From Asterias rubens (lineage: Eukaryota): a DNA stretch of 64,000 bases. The notes beneath the pieces were generated by a model that did no database searches, was not told the DNA's origin, and saw only the letters and a program-made list of their open reading frames with translations. The DNA is taken from the NCBI RefSeq assembly GCF_902459465.1, contig NC_047077.1, positions 1,302,001 through 1,366,000 on the forward strand, read 5' to 3'. Positions 12,694 to 23,966 of this stretch are shown here, piece after piece (within the stretch, counting starts at the first letter, position 1; each line of letters opens with the position of its first letter). The translations under genes and the position numbers were made by a program.

Positions 12694-15116
12694 TTAAGAA
12701 ACTATACATTAAGTATGACAACAATTAAGAACATCAAGTTTTGCTTTACAAATCTCAAATTTGTTTGTTTAAAAAAGACTACATTTGAGTGGTTTAGCAA
12801 GGCTATAGATATGGATTTGGATACGTCAACACTTTGTGTTGTGTTAACGTTGCTTCAGTGTTTTGCGTGCATGTTGACAATAAGATACGAAAAGCTCATA
12901 CACCTATATTCTGAACAGATACTGCTTTGCTGATCTTAGTTTTTCCGAGGCAAAATGTTGTTAATTTGCAGCATAACAAATAGCCTTCTGTTTATGCTTG
13001 CTGGAAACTTTCTTTACATGCGTCATACATTGGGGTCTGACGATAATCAGTTAAATAAAAACATTACTCAATAAGATTATCAAATGTAAAAAGAACAGAC
13101 ACAAATAATTTTTGATCCATACTTTGGCCAAGGCCTGACACAAAAAACTATGACTGCAAAATAAATTGGAAAGAAAATGTTATCATATCTTTAGTATCTG
13201 TACATAATGCTTGCAAAATTTATCTATTATTACACACAAATATACTTGTGTATATGTCACTCTATTAACACAAACAAGCAATTTAACTTGAAACATGAAG
13301 TAAAATTGCTGGTGCATGGTAATGTAGTGAAATAAAAAAAGAAAACCAATACATTTCATTACAAATAAACTGTTTTACATGTTTGTAGAAAAAAACACCT
13401 ATATATTTTGGTAATACATACATTGTATTTTGCTCAATAATTATAAACATAATTTAGGTCACTCAGTAACATTGTTTGCAACTGACTCATGGTTACAGAG
13501 TGATACCTCATTTTGTACACAGATCTGCACCTTTCTGCAGTTCAACATGGTTATTTACAATGAATGTGTAGTGTACAACTCTGTGTAAATGCACTTTTCA
13601 TAGAAATTGTAATCCTTTGAACATTCCTTTCACATGTAGTGGTTGGGAAAATATATCATTAGGTCAAGCAAACAATAGACCAATCAGAGTAAGAGGTTGT
13701 TATTTTCAGTGAATTATTTTAATTCTGATGTGAATGTTGCCTGAGGTGGAGGAGGTAAGTCACTGAAATGGCATAACAACATTAAAAGGAATGATATTCT
13801 ACAGACCAATAATCAATTACTCTTGTGTCACCTAGAGAGGTGAGATCACAGACTCATCAGTTGTAGTTGTACATTAAACAGTTGTATACACATACATGTG
13901 TGTGTATACATGTACATTCACATGTTCATGATCTACACATAACTACATGGATGTATATGTGGTAAATTGATGTACAGTGTCCTTCTAGAAGAATCTGAAA
14001 TCTTATACTCCACATTTCAATTTTGTTCTTCTTATTAGTTTGTTTGTTTGAATCAGTCACTATCACTTTAAGGAGCCATCTTGTTTTCTGACTGAATATG
14101 TAATGCAGTTTTAGTTTAGTTTCATTACACTTTACACTGGCATCCAAATATACAAATAGATCAATTGAGATACAATTAATAACAATCTGTAGTCTGTAGA
14201 ATCTGTAGTGAGAATGATTTAGAAAAGTAAAACACAATGTGGCCCAATATCATAATTTAACTTTGTTTGCTTTCACCAAGGTACACCCTTCATACCAATT
14301 TATTTATGTTTAACATCTTATATTATATCACTTCTTCATGACACATTATTTTGGGGTTTTGAAATATATACATAAGTGGATTCTAGGCTGGACATACAGT
14401 CACTCAGTTTCTACCAAACACAAATTTATTTTTGGACACACGAGGATCAGTCGACCCCCTGTTGCCACATTGCCGCATGTTTGAGTTGGACTGAAGCGAC
14501 ATGTTTGATTTGACACACTACATGTACCAAAACCAACTCAGAACCATCAATTGAACTTTGGGGTAAATTTGGTGAAAACCATTCCCAGGCCAAACTGCTT
14601 GAAATATACAATTTAATTTCTTTCTGAAAACCATCAACAATGTCTTTTTGCTCTCTTGTCAATACATTTTTTACTTCCCTAGCCAAAAGATAATTTGTAT
14701 TATTTAGTATTGATCAAAGTACTATTTGAACAAATTGCTCTCATGTTGATATTACTATTCCCAATAATGAAGTATTAGTTAAATCAAATAATCAGAATAT
14801 CACAATCTATAATTTATATCATATAATTTGGTTTCAAAATATTTGTCTTCTGAGTAAGTTTTCTGCTGCATTGAACTCTTCATGCCATGAATGGCATTGC
14901 ATTTTATTACAATAATTGCTGTCTTTACTTGATGTAGTATTTTTTTCATTTTCAAACCCACGCGATGAGGTACAATAACATTTCTGTTATGTTATTTGTC
15001 ACAGAGCTGATGTGAATGAAATTATATTTTGACAGAAGATAATGATTTTTGTTTTACCCAAATGTTTATCTCAGCTCTAATGTTATTGTGGTCCAGCATA
15101 ATGTTTGTTGATGTAT

Positions 15117-15842
15117 TTACTCATGCTGATAGATTTGAAGTGATTTGACTTTAGCCACAACCAGATCACCAGCAGGTGTGAATGTGATACCATAGTGATA
15201 ACCACAATCCTTGATGATACATCCAATGTACTTGCCATCAGGACTGTAATGATGGATATAACCTGGTGATGAGTATGGTCCTCTCCGTACAGCAACATAG
15301 ATGCTACCATCCTTGTCACAACACACACCAAGAGGCCTCCCAGACTGATTGATATCTACTGAGAATACCATTTCATCATTGTAGGTTACTGATACTAACT
15401 TATTGTCTCTCAAGTTGGTGTAAATGAGTTGTTGTTTGTAGGTAGTCAAGTATCCACCAATTCCTGGAGCAGACAGTCTTCTGATGAGGGATCCATCTGG
15501 TTTGTGTAGAGAGATCTCTGCATTGTTATATGAAAGAACTGCTATCAGATTGTTGTAATCCACTGCAATACATGATGGTTTACTGCCTGGATCGAACTGA
15601 TGGAGGAGCTGATAATTCCTGCTGAAGATCTTGACTGTTTGATTATCTAGAACAATGAGCTCATCATTCTTATTCACAGCCACTCTGATTTTTCTGGTAA
15701 GACCTTGGAGGCATTCAAGACAAAATGAATGAGAACACTCCAGTAGTTTGGGTTGCTTGAAGCGTCCACTGCAAATTGGACATTCAAGATGATCTTGACT
15801 TATCTTTGCTAGCACTGACTGAACTGTTATATTGGATGCCAT
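15117..15842 (-). CDS. TRIM-NHL paralogue with in-frame internal deletion (partial RING fused to ~5 NHL blades, 241 aa); may be a pseudogene
   Basis: ORF from MASNITVQSV: CPIC..CSHSFCLEC then directly GLTRKIRVAVNKNDELIVL..IYQHE*. Versus the copy at 23967-25739 it lacks the last RING CxxC, the B-box, the coiled coil and the first NHL blade. A splice acceptor lies 27 nt upstream of the ATG (CAG at 15870-15872). Confidence 0.75.
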   Translation of the reverse strand: MASNITVQSVLAKISQDHLECPICSGRFKQPKLLECSHSFCLECLQGLTRKIRVAVNKNDELIVLDNQTVKIFSRNYQLLHQFDPGSKPSCIAVDYNNLIAVLSYNNAEISLHKPDGSLIRRLSAPGIGGYLTTYKQQLIYTNLRDNKLVSVTYNDEMVFSVDINQSGRPLGVCCDKDGSIYVAVRRGPYSSPGYIHHYSPDGKYIGCIIKDCGYHYGITFTPAGDLVVAKVKSLQIYQHE

Positions 15843-16139
15843 TTTGTTGGAAGTTGCTTCAGTGATGATCTGTGAAGTAAAAGAAGAAATCGACTCAATT
15901 AGATGAGATCCTTCTACATGTCCCAGTACTTTCCACATCAATGCAAGATGTGATTTCATGAACAAATTACACTCCTTGGCATAAAGTTTCATAACAGATC
16001 TTGATTTTTTGTTGTACATTCTATGATGACCAATCAAGTGGATAATTTACACGGTCATACTAAACTGCATGTCGATACAGTTACAGACTACAAGATCAAA
16101 GAAGTATAAGACTAGATGCGTCTTGTGCAGGTTGCCATA

Positions 16140-16295
16140 CTTGAGCAGGCATGTAAAGTTGGAGATTTGGGAGGGAAAACCCATGCAATGAGGTAGGGAC
16201 TGAAAACACATTCCACATGCAAGGCTTTGATCCTTTTAGTGAACTGGGATCCACAGAGGTGAAAGACAGGGAAAGAAACCACTGAGCCAATTTGA
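16140..16295 (-). mobile_element. tRNA-derived SINE with V-domain-like core in the 5' intron of the TRIM gene (paralogues ~26035-26165 and ~41405-41575)
   Basis: In the 41405-41575 copy the minus strand reads A-box TGGCTCAGTGG, B-box-like GGTTCAAATC, then gcatgtggaatg..tgcatgggttttccctgattggggtttccctcccacatctc, which resembles the V-SINE core. This copy keeps the A box and most of the core, but its B box is degraded. Confidence 0.6.
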
Positions 16296-16499
16296 TTTCA
16301 AATAAAGCAGGCACCAAAAGACATCCAAGCTCGTGAAATGATCCATGAAAATATCTTGTCTTTATTTAAATGAACAGAAGACTACTTAGTTTCCTTCCAT
16401 GAAGAGTGCATTAACTCCCCCCCCCCCCCACCCAGAACAACTTCCTCATGAATATTTTGTTTGCCCTAAAGAATCCTACTCTGTTACTAGCTAAAATAC

Positions 16500-17065
16500 A
16501 TTCACATTCACTGTCTGTACACATTCATAGTCAGACCCCCCCAACTGAAACATCCTTACTGTTCTGAGTATTGTTAGAACACTATACTCAGCAAGCAATG
16601 AACATTCACTGTCTGGACCCATTCATAGTCAGACCCCCCCCAACTAAAACATCCTTACTGTTCTGAATATTGTTAGAACACTATACTCAGCAAGCAATGA
16701 ACATTCACTGTCTGTACACATTCATAGTCAGACCCCCCCCCCCCAACTGAAACATCCTTACTGTTCTGAGTATTGTTAGAACACTATACTCAGCAAGCAA
16801 TGAACATTCACTGTCTGTACACATTCATAGTCAGACCCCCCCCCAACTAAAACATCCTTACTGTTCTGAGTATTGTTAGAACACTATACTCAGCAAGCAA
16901 TGAACATTCACTGTCTGTACACATTCATAGTCAGACCCCCCCCCCCAACTGAAACATCCTTACTGTTCTGAGTGTTGTTACAACACTATACGCAGCAAGC
17001 AATGAACATTCACTGCTGTACACATTCATAGTCGCCCCCACCCCTCCCCCCCCCCCGACCCCCAA
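16500..17065. repeat. ~100-bp minisatellite (~5.5 units) with variable poly-C tract
   Basis: Unit cattcactgtctgtacacattcatagtcagacc(c)n aactgaaacatccttactgttctgagtattgttagaacactatactcagcaagcaatgaa. Confidence 0.92.
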
Positions 17066-18296
17066 GCTAAAACATTTTAATTATTCAATGAAACATTTCA
17101 GACAATTCAGTCCATTTCATCTTTCTTGAGCTGTCTAGCCATGTTTTCTGTCGCTGCTTTCCAAGTTGTATCCTAAAACCATAGAGTAAAGTGATCCCTG
17201 GCTATACAGCAGTTAGGAGGTTGAATGGCTTCTGACCACGCCCCTAAATATCAAACTAAAGCATTTCAATTTTGTTTGCTACATGGTGGTAATATTGACC
17301 AATCACAATTGCATTTACAACTCACCCAGTATTTGAGTAAAGAATATAGCATGAAACACAGCAACAATCATTAAAGTTGATGAGGAAATTCCAGCAATAA
17401 TCTGTTTAATGTTGGCACAACACACTGAATGATGTCACACTGTATTTCCAGAGTTAAATAGCTCATAGTTTAACTTTGGAACAACACTCCTTATTTATTA
17501 CTGTTATGTGGAAATTCCAGTTTCTTATTTAGCTCTTATTTGTAGCAGTGTTATGGTTAACGTACAGTTCTACTGATACTGCACTTAGTGCATATTTACA
17601 CACTGAAATGATATCAATCTGAAAGTTCTTTGTGTCTGTGACCCCTAAATGTTCATTACTGGGACTCAGTGACTATTCAATAACAGGTTGTTGTACATTG
17701 GACCCCAGCATACAGCAATACTGGTCTGGTTTTGGATTCAGTCGTCATCTTTAAACAAACTTATTTCTTTTGAAACTTTAATTCATTTTTAACGGTCGTG
17801 GCAGACTCATTCTAATGCATATATTTAAAATAAGGAAGCTTTTTGTAAAATGAATATTGTTTTCTGTGTTTTAGTCATTGAAATACAGACTTTCATCATG
17901 CTTGTTTGAAATTCTATTTATAATTGATGCACTGCTGTTTGCTGCTTTTTGTTAATTAATGGTTGCCACATAAATCAAATATTAATTTTTTTTAAAGGTT
18001 TCAACAATAAATCCCAGAGCTGTTTTTTATACTGTTTGAAATACAGAAAGAACAAGATTTACTCTGCAGTAATTGTATTTGAAAGCCTTTTAAGCTTTGC
18101 CCTTAATTTGTATCACAGAGCGTAGACATTATTGATTATGTAAAAAGAGTTCATTTGCATTCATGTAAGTTGTGTATTACCCATAATCATTGGAAATGCA
18201 CACAATCACACTGAAACCTGTGCTGCAATTAGTTTGACAATCTTTGAATCCCTTATTTGAACCCTTCTTCTTTACTCTGATCCTCTTTTATCTCAG

Positions 18297-18464
18297 GCTT
18301 TGCTCCTCATCTTGGATGCCCATAACCATGGTAACCCAAGACCCATAAGATCCTACTCAGTCTCTGACTCCCAGGGTAGATGCTGAAGACTCTGGCAGTG
18401 AAGCTCTGAAGACACTGCAGGGAGAGTTGAAGATGTACAAGAAACAGGAAGCTCACAATGAGAG
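18297..18464 (+). pseudogene. Putative 168-nt (pseudo)exon, present in three copies (also 52941-53108 and 59739-59906)
   Basis: Polypyrimidine+CAG acceptor and AG|GTAAG donor are kept in all three copies. The best frame reads ..MVTQDP*DPTQSLTPRVDAEDSGSEALKTLQGELKMYKKQEAHNE, with the same TAA in every copy. Confidence 0.4.
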
Positions 18465-19251
18465 GTAAGCGATAGTCAGCATTTACTGTCAATGTTTATT
18501 TCATGTTGACATCTCTCCTCATAGACTTACAGATCTTCTTGTTTGTCACAGACATTTTTATTCATAGCCAGGAAATGTTTGTTTGTTATGCTCCCATCTT
18601 TGACATATCTGGGAGGATGATTTCTAGAGTTGGTTTGATGAGAGAAAACTTCTCACACAGCAGCAAACTGAAAAGGTTATTATGAGGTACCTGACTGCAT
18701 GGCATAATACAAACTGTTTTCAGGTGTATTCGTCTTCTATTGTTAGTAGTTGGTAACTGGTAAACATCATGAAAATGTAAGATTTTAGAGAAATATTAAA
18801 AAAAACTTCCCAAAGTCCTAATAATAGAAATTGAAAACTCTGAATGTAGAGGACAAAGTTCAAAGTGTTGTCGGCTTATATTTGCTACGAAATGTTGTGA
18901 CTAAGTGCACCACACTCTGGTGCTGGTGTTTCTGACCAGCAGAGTGTTGATTTGAGTCCCAGTCTTGTGACTTGTGTCATTAAACAAGTCACATAACTAT
19001 TGTTGGATCAGATCGGTTTTGGGGATCAAATGTATGTTCAATGTTTGGTGGTGGGGGGGGGGGGGGGGGACGGAATATGGAAGCAAACAGATAGCACTTA
19101 AATAGCGTTGGCCACAAGTCAAGTTTTTCACAGCTTAAGCTTCGAGCATGATTTTTCGATTTGAAGTTTTGGAACAGCATAACAAAGCAAACCTAAATTT
19201 GACCACGTTTTTTTGTCGCAAGTTTAGATTTTGATCTTACTTCTTGTTTAA

Positions 19252-19875
19252 AGCCATTCAACACTTTCGGTAAACAGTATTGTCCAAGTCCCACAGTTTG
19301 TGTGTCACAACTTATATATAAAATAACAAACCTGTAAAAATTTTGGCTCAATCGGTCATCGGAGTCGGGAGAAAATAACAGGAAAACCCACTCTTGTTTC
19401 CGCATGTTCCACCGTGTCATGACATGTGTTTAAAATAAACCCACAATTCGCGCTATCAAGAATTGATAGTGGTTTTAATGTTTTCTCAAAAAGTAAAGCA
19501 TTTCATGGAATAATATTTTAAGAGAAGTCTTTCACCATTACCTTCTGTAAACCCTGTAAATTATTTGTAAATCTATGAACTTTTTTTTTTTTTCTGTACC
19601 GAAAGTGTCCAATGGCTTTAAAGGATCTGTATTTGTTTTGGAAAACCCACTCTTGTTTCCGCATGTTCCACCGTGTCATGACATGTGTTTAAAATAAACC
19701 TGCAATTCGCGCTATCAAGAATTGATAGTGGTTTTAATGTTTTCTCAAAAAGTAAAGCATTTCATGGAATAATATTTTAAGAGAAGTCTTTCACCATTAC
19801 CTTCTGTAAACCCTGTAAATTATTTGTAAATCTATGAACTTTTTTTTTTTCCTGTACCGAAAGTGTCCAATGGCT
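19252..19875. mobile_element. Kolobok-type family A element with a 258-bp tandem duplication of its right part plus flank
   Basis: TTAA|AGCCATT at 19248-19258 and GGCT|TTAA at both 19614-19621 and 19872-19879. The paralogous empty site gtTTAAaggatctg is at ~60677. Confidence 0.8.
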
Positions 19876-20286
19876 TTAAAGGATCTGTATTTGTTTTGGT
19901 ATGGACTCTAAAAGATTAATGGCAATAAAAACTAACAACAAAAAGTACAGCTGCTTTGGATAGTGTACTGCATTTTGAGAAATGTTTCACTTCGAAGTAC
20001 TGTAGGTTTGGTAAAATATATCACTTTTTATCCCCAAATAATGTGGAACCAATTTTCTCCGTGATGACTTTGTAAATAATGCGTGAATAATATTGATGTA
20101 TATTCATCAAGTCTATCCTTTCTTCTCATAACTGTAAATGGTTTCAACTTCCTCAAATTCTACCCTGAGAGTTGCCCTACATAAAGGAGTGATTATACAA
20201 ACTGTAAATCCTGTTGAATGTGACACAATGTACAATGTAATTTTGTATGTTCTTGAGATTGGGTTTCCAGTCAAAATGGCATTTAA

Positions 20287-20637
20287 AGGCACTGGACACT
20301 ACTGTTAAATAACTCAAAATAATTGTTAGCATAAAAACTTTCTTGGTAACGAGCATTGGAGAGCTGTTGATAGTATAAACATTTTGAGAAATGGCTCCCT
20401 CTGAAGTAACTTCTCACTAAAACATTTTAATTGAATTTGAGACCTGAGCAGCTGAGTTCTTGCACTCCAGCAACTGAAAGCACACAACTTGTGCGACAAG
20501 GGTGCTTTCTATCATCTCTCGCAACTTCCATGACCAATTGAGTTCAAATGTTCACAGGTTTGTTCTTTTATTCATATGTTGAGATACACCTAATGAGAAG
20601 ACTGGTCTTCGACAATTACCAAATGTGTCCAGTGCCT
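20287..20637 (+). mobile_element. Kolobok-type MITE family B (similar copies ~35366-35729, ~52160-52505, ~54000-54380, ~57415-57787, ~58220-58455, ~61090-61444)
   Basis: TTAA|AGGCACTGGACAC ... GTGTCCAGTGCCT|TTAA, a 13-bp perfect TIR. Shared internal motifs gagctgttgatagtat, ggctccctctgaagta and gacaagggtg. Confidence 0.82.
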
Positions 20638-21261
20638 TTAAGAATGAAAAACCTGTACGCGTCAGTACAGGGCAATGTATACTGTGCACCAGAGCTACTT
20701 GCTGTTATAGTCAAAGATCAGACAAACAACCATTTATAATGATCAATGGCCAGATTATCAGTTTATTGGAGTATGGCTGCTGATAATGAACTTGGACTGT
20801 AAATACAAAAACAGTTTGAAGTACATCTAGGTCTGTTACCAGGTACTGTACATACATGTAGTACAGTGAATGGTCGTAAATAGCTGTACTCTTTGAAATG
20901 CTGACATAGTCAGATTTGTTTCTGCATTTTGAGGTACGTTTATGTAAGCGAGCAAATTGAGGTGAACTAATATTTTATTTATTTATTTTTTTTTTGGGGG
21001 GGGGGAGGAGGGGGGCACTGGATGTCGAAAAACCTCCAAAAGCGAGCACTGAAAGAGTTTACTAAATTAGACTTCAGAAGTTAAACTCAATATGAAAATG
21101 ATTTCAATAATAACTTTACAGTGTTTTTTGTTTTTCTATTTAATTTAATCTTAACAATTAATAATAATATAAAAAAAAGTAATTACTTGCAAAAGTATAA
21201 TGTCACTCCATTACCATAAAACATTTAGTGTACTGAATAGGAACGACGAGAAAAAAAAAGA

Positions 21262-21626
21262 AGGTCGTTAGTTCGAATCCCACTCTAGTCAATTCTTTGT
21301 TCAACCCCAAAAATCATTTACAAATTTACCCAGTCAGTTTCCCTTGTGGTTTATATTGATATCTGAAACAAAAAGTCGCATCCCCTTAAGGTGATCCCCT
21401 AGCTGCCGCTTCCCAGGTTGTATCGTAATTTGGGTGTGATCCCTGGCTACACAGCAGTTAACGGTTGTATGGCTTCTGACTGGCACCCCCGAACAAAGAT
21501 ATTGACAAAATAGGGACACCGCCAATATAGGGCTAGATAGCTCAGTTGGTAGAGCGCCGGCACGTTAATCCGGAGGTCGTTGGTTCGAATCCCACTCTAG
21601 TCAATTCTTTGTTCAACCCCAAAAAT
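21262..21626 (+). mobile_element. Insertion of 1.17 units of a 312-bp tRNA-containing repeat
   Basis: 53-bp direct repeats at 21262-21314 and 21574-21626. tRNA-like cloverleaf at 21531-21603. Flanked by aaaaaaaaaga on both sides. Absent at the paralogous sites (~36750 and ~61965). Confidence 0.85.
21531..21603 (+). ncRNA. tRNA-Asn(GTT)-derived pseudo-tRNA inside a repeat (second copy 34232-34304, minus strand)
   Basis: Acceptor stem GGCTAGA/TCTAGTC, D stem GCTC/GAGC, A box TAGCTCAGTTGG, B box GGTTCGAATCC. The anticodon loop ACGTTAA is non-canonical (A32, C33) and the T and anticodon stems have mismatches. Confidence 0.7.
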
Positions 21627-21764
21627 AAAAAAAAAAAGACTTAAGAAAACCTAACTTTACATACTAAAATTAAAGTAAAATAGAACCTTAAAAATCCACA
21701 GTAATAAAAACTGCAACAAAATAATCACAAAGACTACGTGTAAATTTGTACATGTAAGACTTAA

Positions 21765-22560
21765 AGGAACTGGAAACTTTTGCTAAAATCAAAGACCATG
21801 ATTCCCACTTGTGTATTCCAACGTGTGCATGAAATAACAAATCTCAGAAATATGGACTCAATTGGTCATTGAAGTTGCAAGGAAATAAATCAACGAAAAA
21901 ACACCCATGTTGCACAAATGCATGCTTTCAGATGCCTGAAAAAGACTTCATTCCTGAACTCTTTCTCAGATTCAAAAATTTTAGTGAGTCATAACTTTCT
22001 TTTTCAAAAATATGTTTCTTCTGAGGGAGTCGTTTCTCACCATGTTTTTGCTATCAACATCTCCCAGGTGCTTGTTAAAAGAGTGTGCATTTTAGTAATA
22101 ACCAAAGATGCCCAGTGCTATTTAAAAGAAACTAAACTCTACAACATTTAAAACACAATTTATATGGTTCTGCTTTACAAATCTGAATTTCTTCTTTTTT
22201 AAAGGGAAGGTACACATTTGGTAATTACTCAAGACAAACATTAACTTAAAAACTGACTTGGTAACGAGCATTAGAGAGCTGTTGATAGTATAAAACATTG
22301 TGGGAAAAGACTCCCTCTGAAGTAACGTGGTTTTTGAGAAAAAGGTAATTTCTCTATAAAATAACAAAAGACTTCTCTTTTATTCTTATCTGAAAGCACA
22401 CAAATTTGTCCAACAAGGGTGTTTTTTCTTTGATCAATTTCTCGCAACTTCAATGACCAATTGAGCCCAAATTTTCACAGGCTTGTTATTTTATGGTTAT
22501 GACGGGATACACCAAGTGCGAAGACTGGTCTTTGACATTTACCAAATGTGCACCTTCCCT
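21765..22560. mobile_element. Head-to-head pair of Kolobok-type MITEs (repeated at ~36860-37668 and ~62095-62908)
   Basis: Reverse element 21765-22121 and forward element 22203-22560 (TTAA|AGGGAAGGTACAC..GTGCACCTTCCCT|TTAA). The second is absent at the paralogous TTAA near 12770. Confidence 0.78.
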
Positions 22561-23966
22561 TTAAACAAATAACATTTGAGTTGTTTAGCAATGCTTCAGA
22601 TACTGATATGTCAACACTTTATGTGTTCATGTGATGCGTAAATTTTGCTTCAGTGTTTTTTATGCATGTTGACAACAGATACTGGAGCTCATACACATGT
22701 GTGTATGTCCAGAATGGATACTGTTTTGCTGATTTAGTTGTAAATTTGCCCTGCATTCAAAACATTTTCCCTGGTATTGCTTGTATTCAAGCAAATTATT
22801 GTTGATATGCAGCATAACAAAAAGGCATCTTTATTCTTGACTCGCTTGCTGGAAACTTTCTTTACAAGAGTTTTATATGTGCGTCTGAAAATGATCAGTT
22901 AAATAAAAAAGACTACTCACTTAAATTCTCCAATGTAAACAGAGCAAACACAAAATAGTTTTTGAACCATACTTTGGCTAAGACCTGATACATGAATCTA
23001 TGATTGCGAACAAGATCTTTTACAAATCTAACTGGGAAGAATATTGTTTATCTTATCTGTATCTGTACACATTGCTTGCAAACTCTCTCTTTTATTAAAC
23101 AATTACGTAATTGTATATATGTCACTCCATTACCATAAACCAGAAGTAAAATTGCTGTTGCATGGTGATGGAGTGAAATAAAAATAGAAAACAAATAAAT
23201 GTTCCCTCAAATATGTATTTTACATAATTTGAGACCAAATAAAACCAACTATATATATTTTGTTAATACATACATTGCTTTTGTTTAATAATTATAACTA
23301 CGTAATTTAGGTCACTCAGTTACATTGTTTGTAACTGACTCATGGTTACAGAGTGATACCTCATTTTGTACACAGATCTACACCTTTCTGCAGTTCAACA
23401 TGGTTATTTACAATCAATGTGTAGTGTACAACTCTGTGTGAATGCATTTTGTTATGGAAAAATTTAATCTCTTGAACATTCCTTTTACAAGTAGTGGAAA
23501 AAAATGTATCATTCGGTCATGCAAAGAATAAACCAATCAGAGCAAGAGGTTGTTATTTTCAGTGAATTATTTCAATTCTGATGTGAATGTTGCCTAATGG
23601 TTGAGGTGGAGGAGGTAAGTCACTGAATCGACATAACAACATTAAAAGGATTGATGTTCTAGAGATCAATAATCAATTACATACTATGTAAAGATTGTAT
23701 TCCTACCAAAATGTTCATTTTTTTGTGAGTTGACTGAATTTGCTTTTGCAATCTACTCAGGTTGGTTGAAATGGTTCAATGAAATGTTTTGTTTCCCCTT
23801 AAAAACAATATTATAATTATATGTCAAAAAATGTTATCACTCTTTCTGAAATTTATGAGAATATAAAATTGAAGATGTTTTTGAAAAACATCCAAATTTT
23901 TATGTTGTTAAATGCTTATTTCAGCTTGAATGTTATTGTGGTCCAGCATAATGTTTGTTGATGTCT

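Noticed and set aside
460-14686. Short ORFs (60-120 aa) in the left part and similar ones elsewhere
   Set aside because: They overlap repeats or MITEs, are Cys/Phe/Leu-rich like random AT-rich frames, and show no domains or preserved frames between paralogues.
21400-21470. 5S rRNA loop E-like GUA/GAA internal loop in the antisense hairpin of the 312-bp unit
   Set aside because: The hairpin is real but similarity to 5S is limited to a few bases. I could not fit a twister or HDV-like ribozyme by eye either.
21531-21603. Functional tRNA-Asn gene
   Set aside because: The anticodon loop lacks the conserved pyrimidine-32/U33, the stems have mismatches, and it sits inside a polymorphic repeat insertion.
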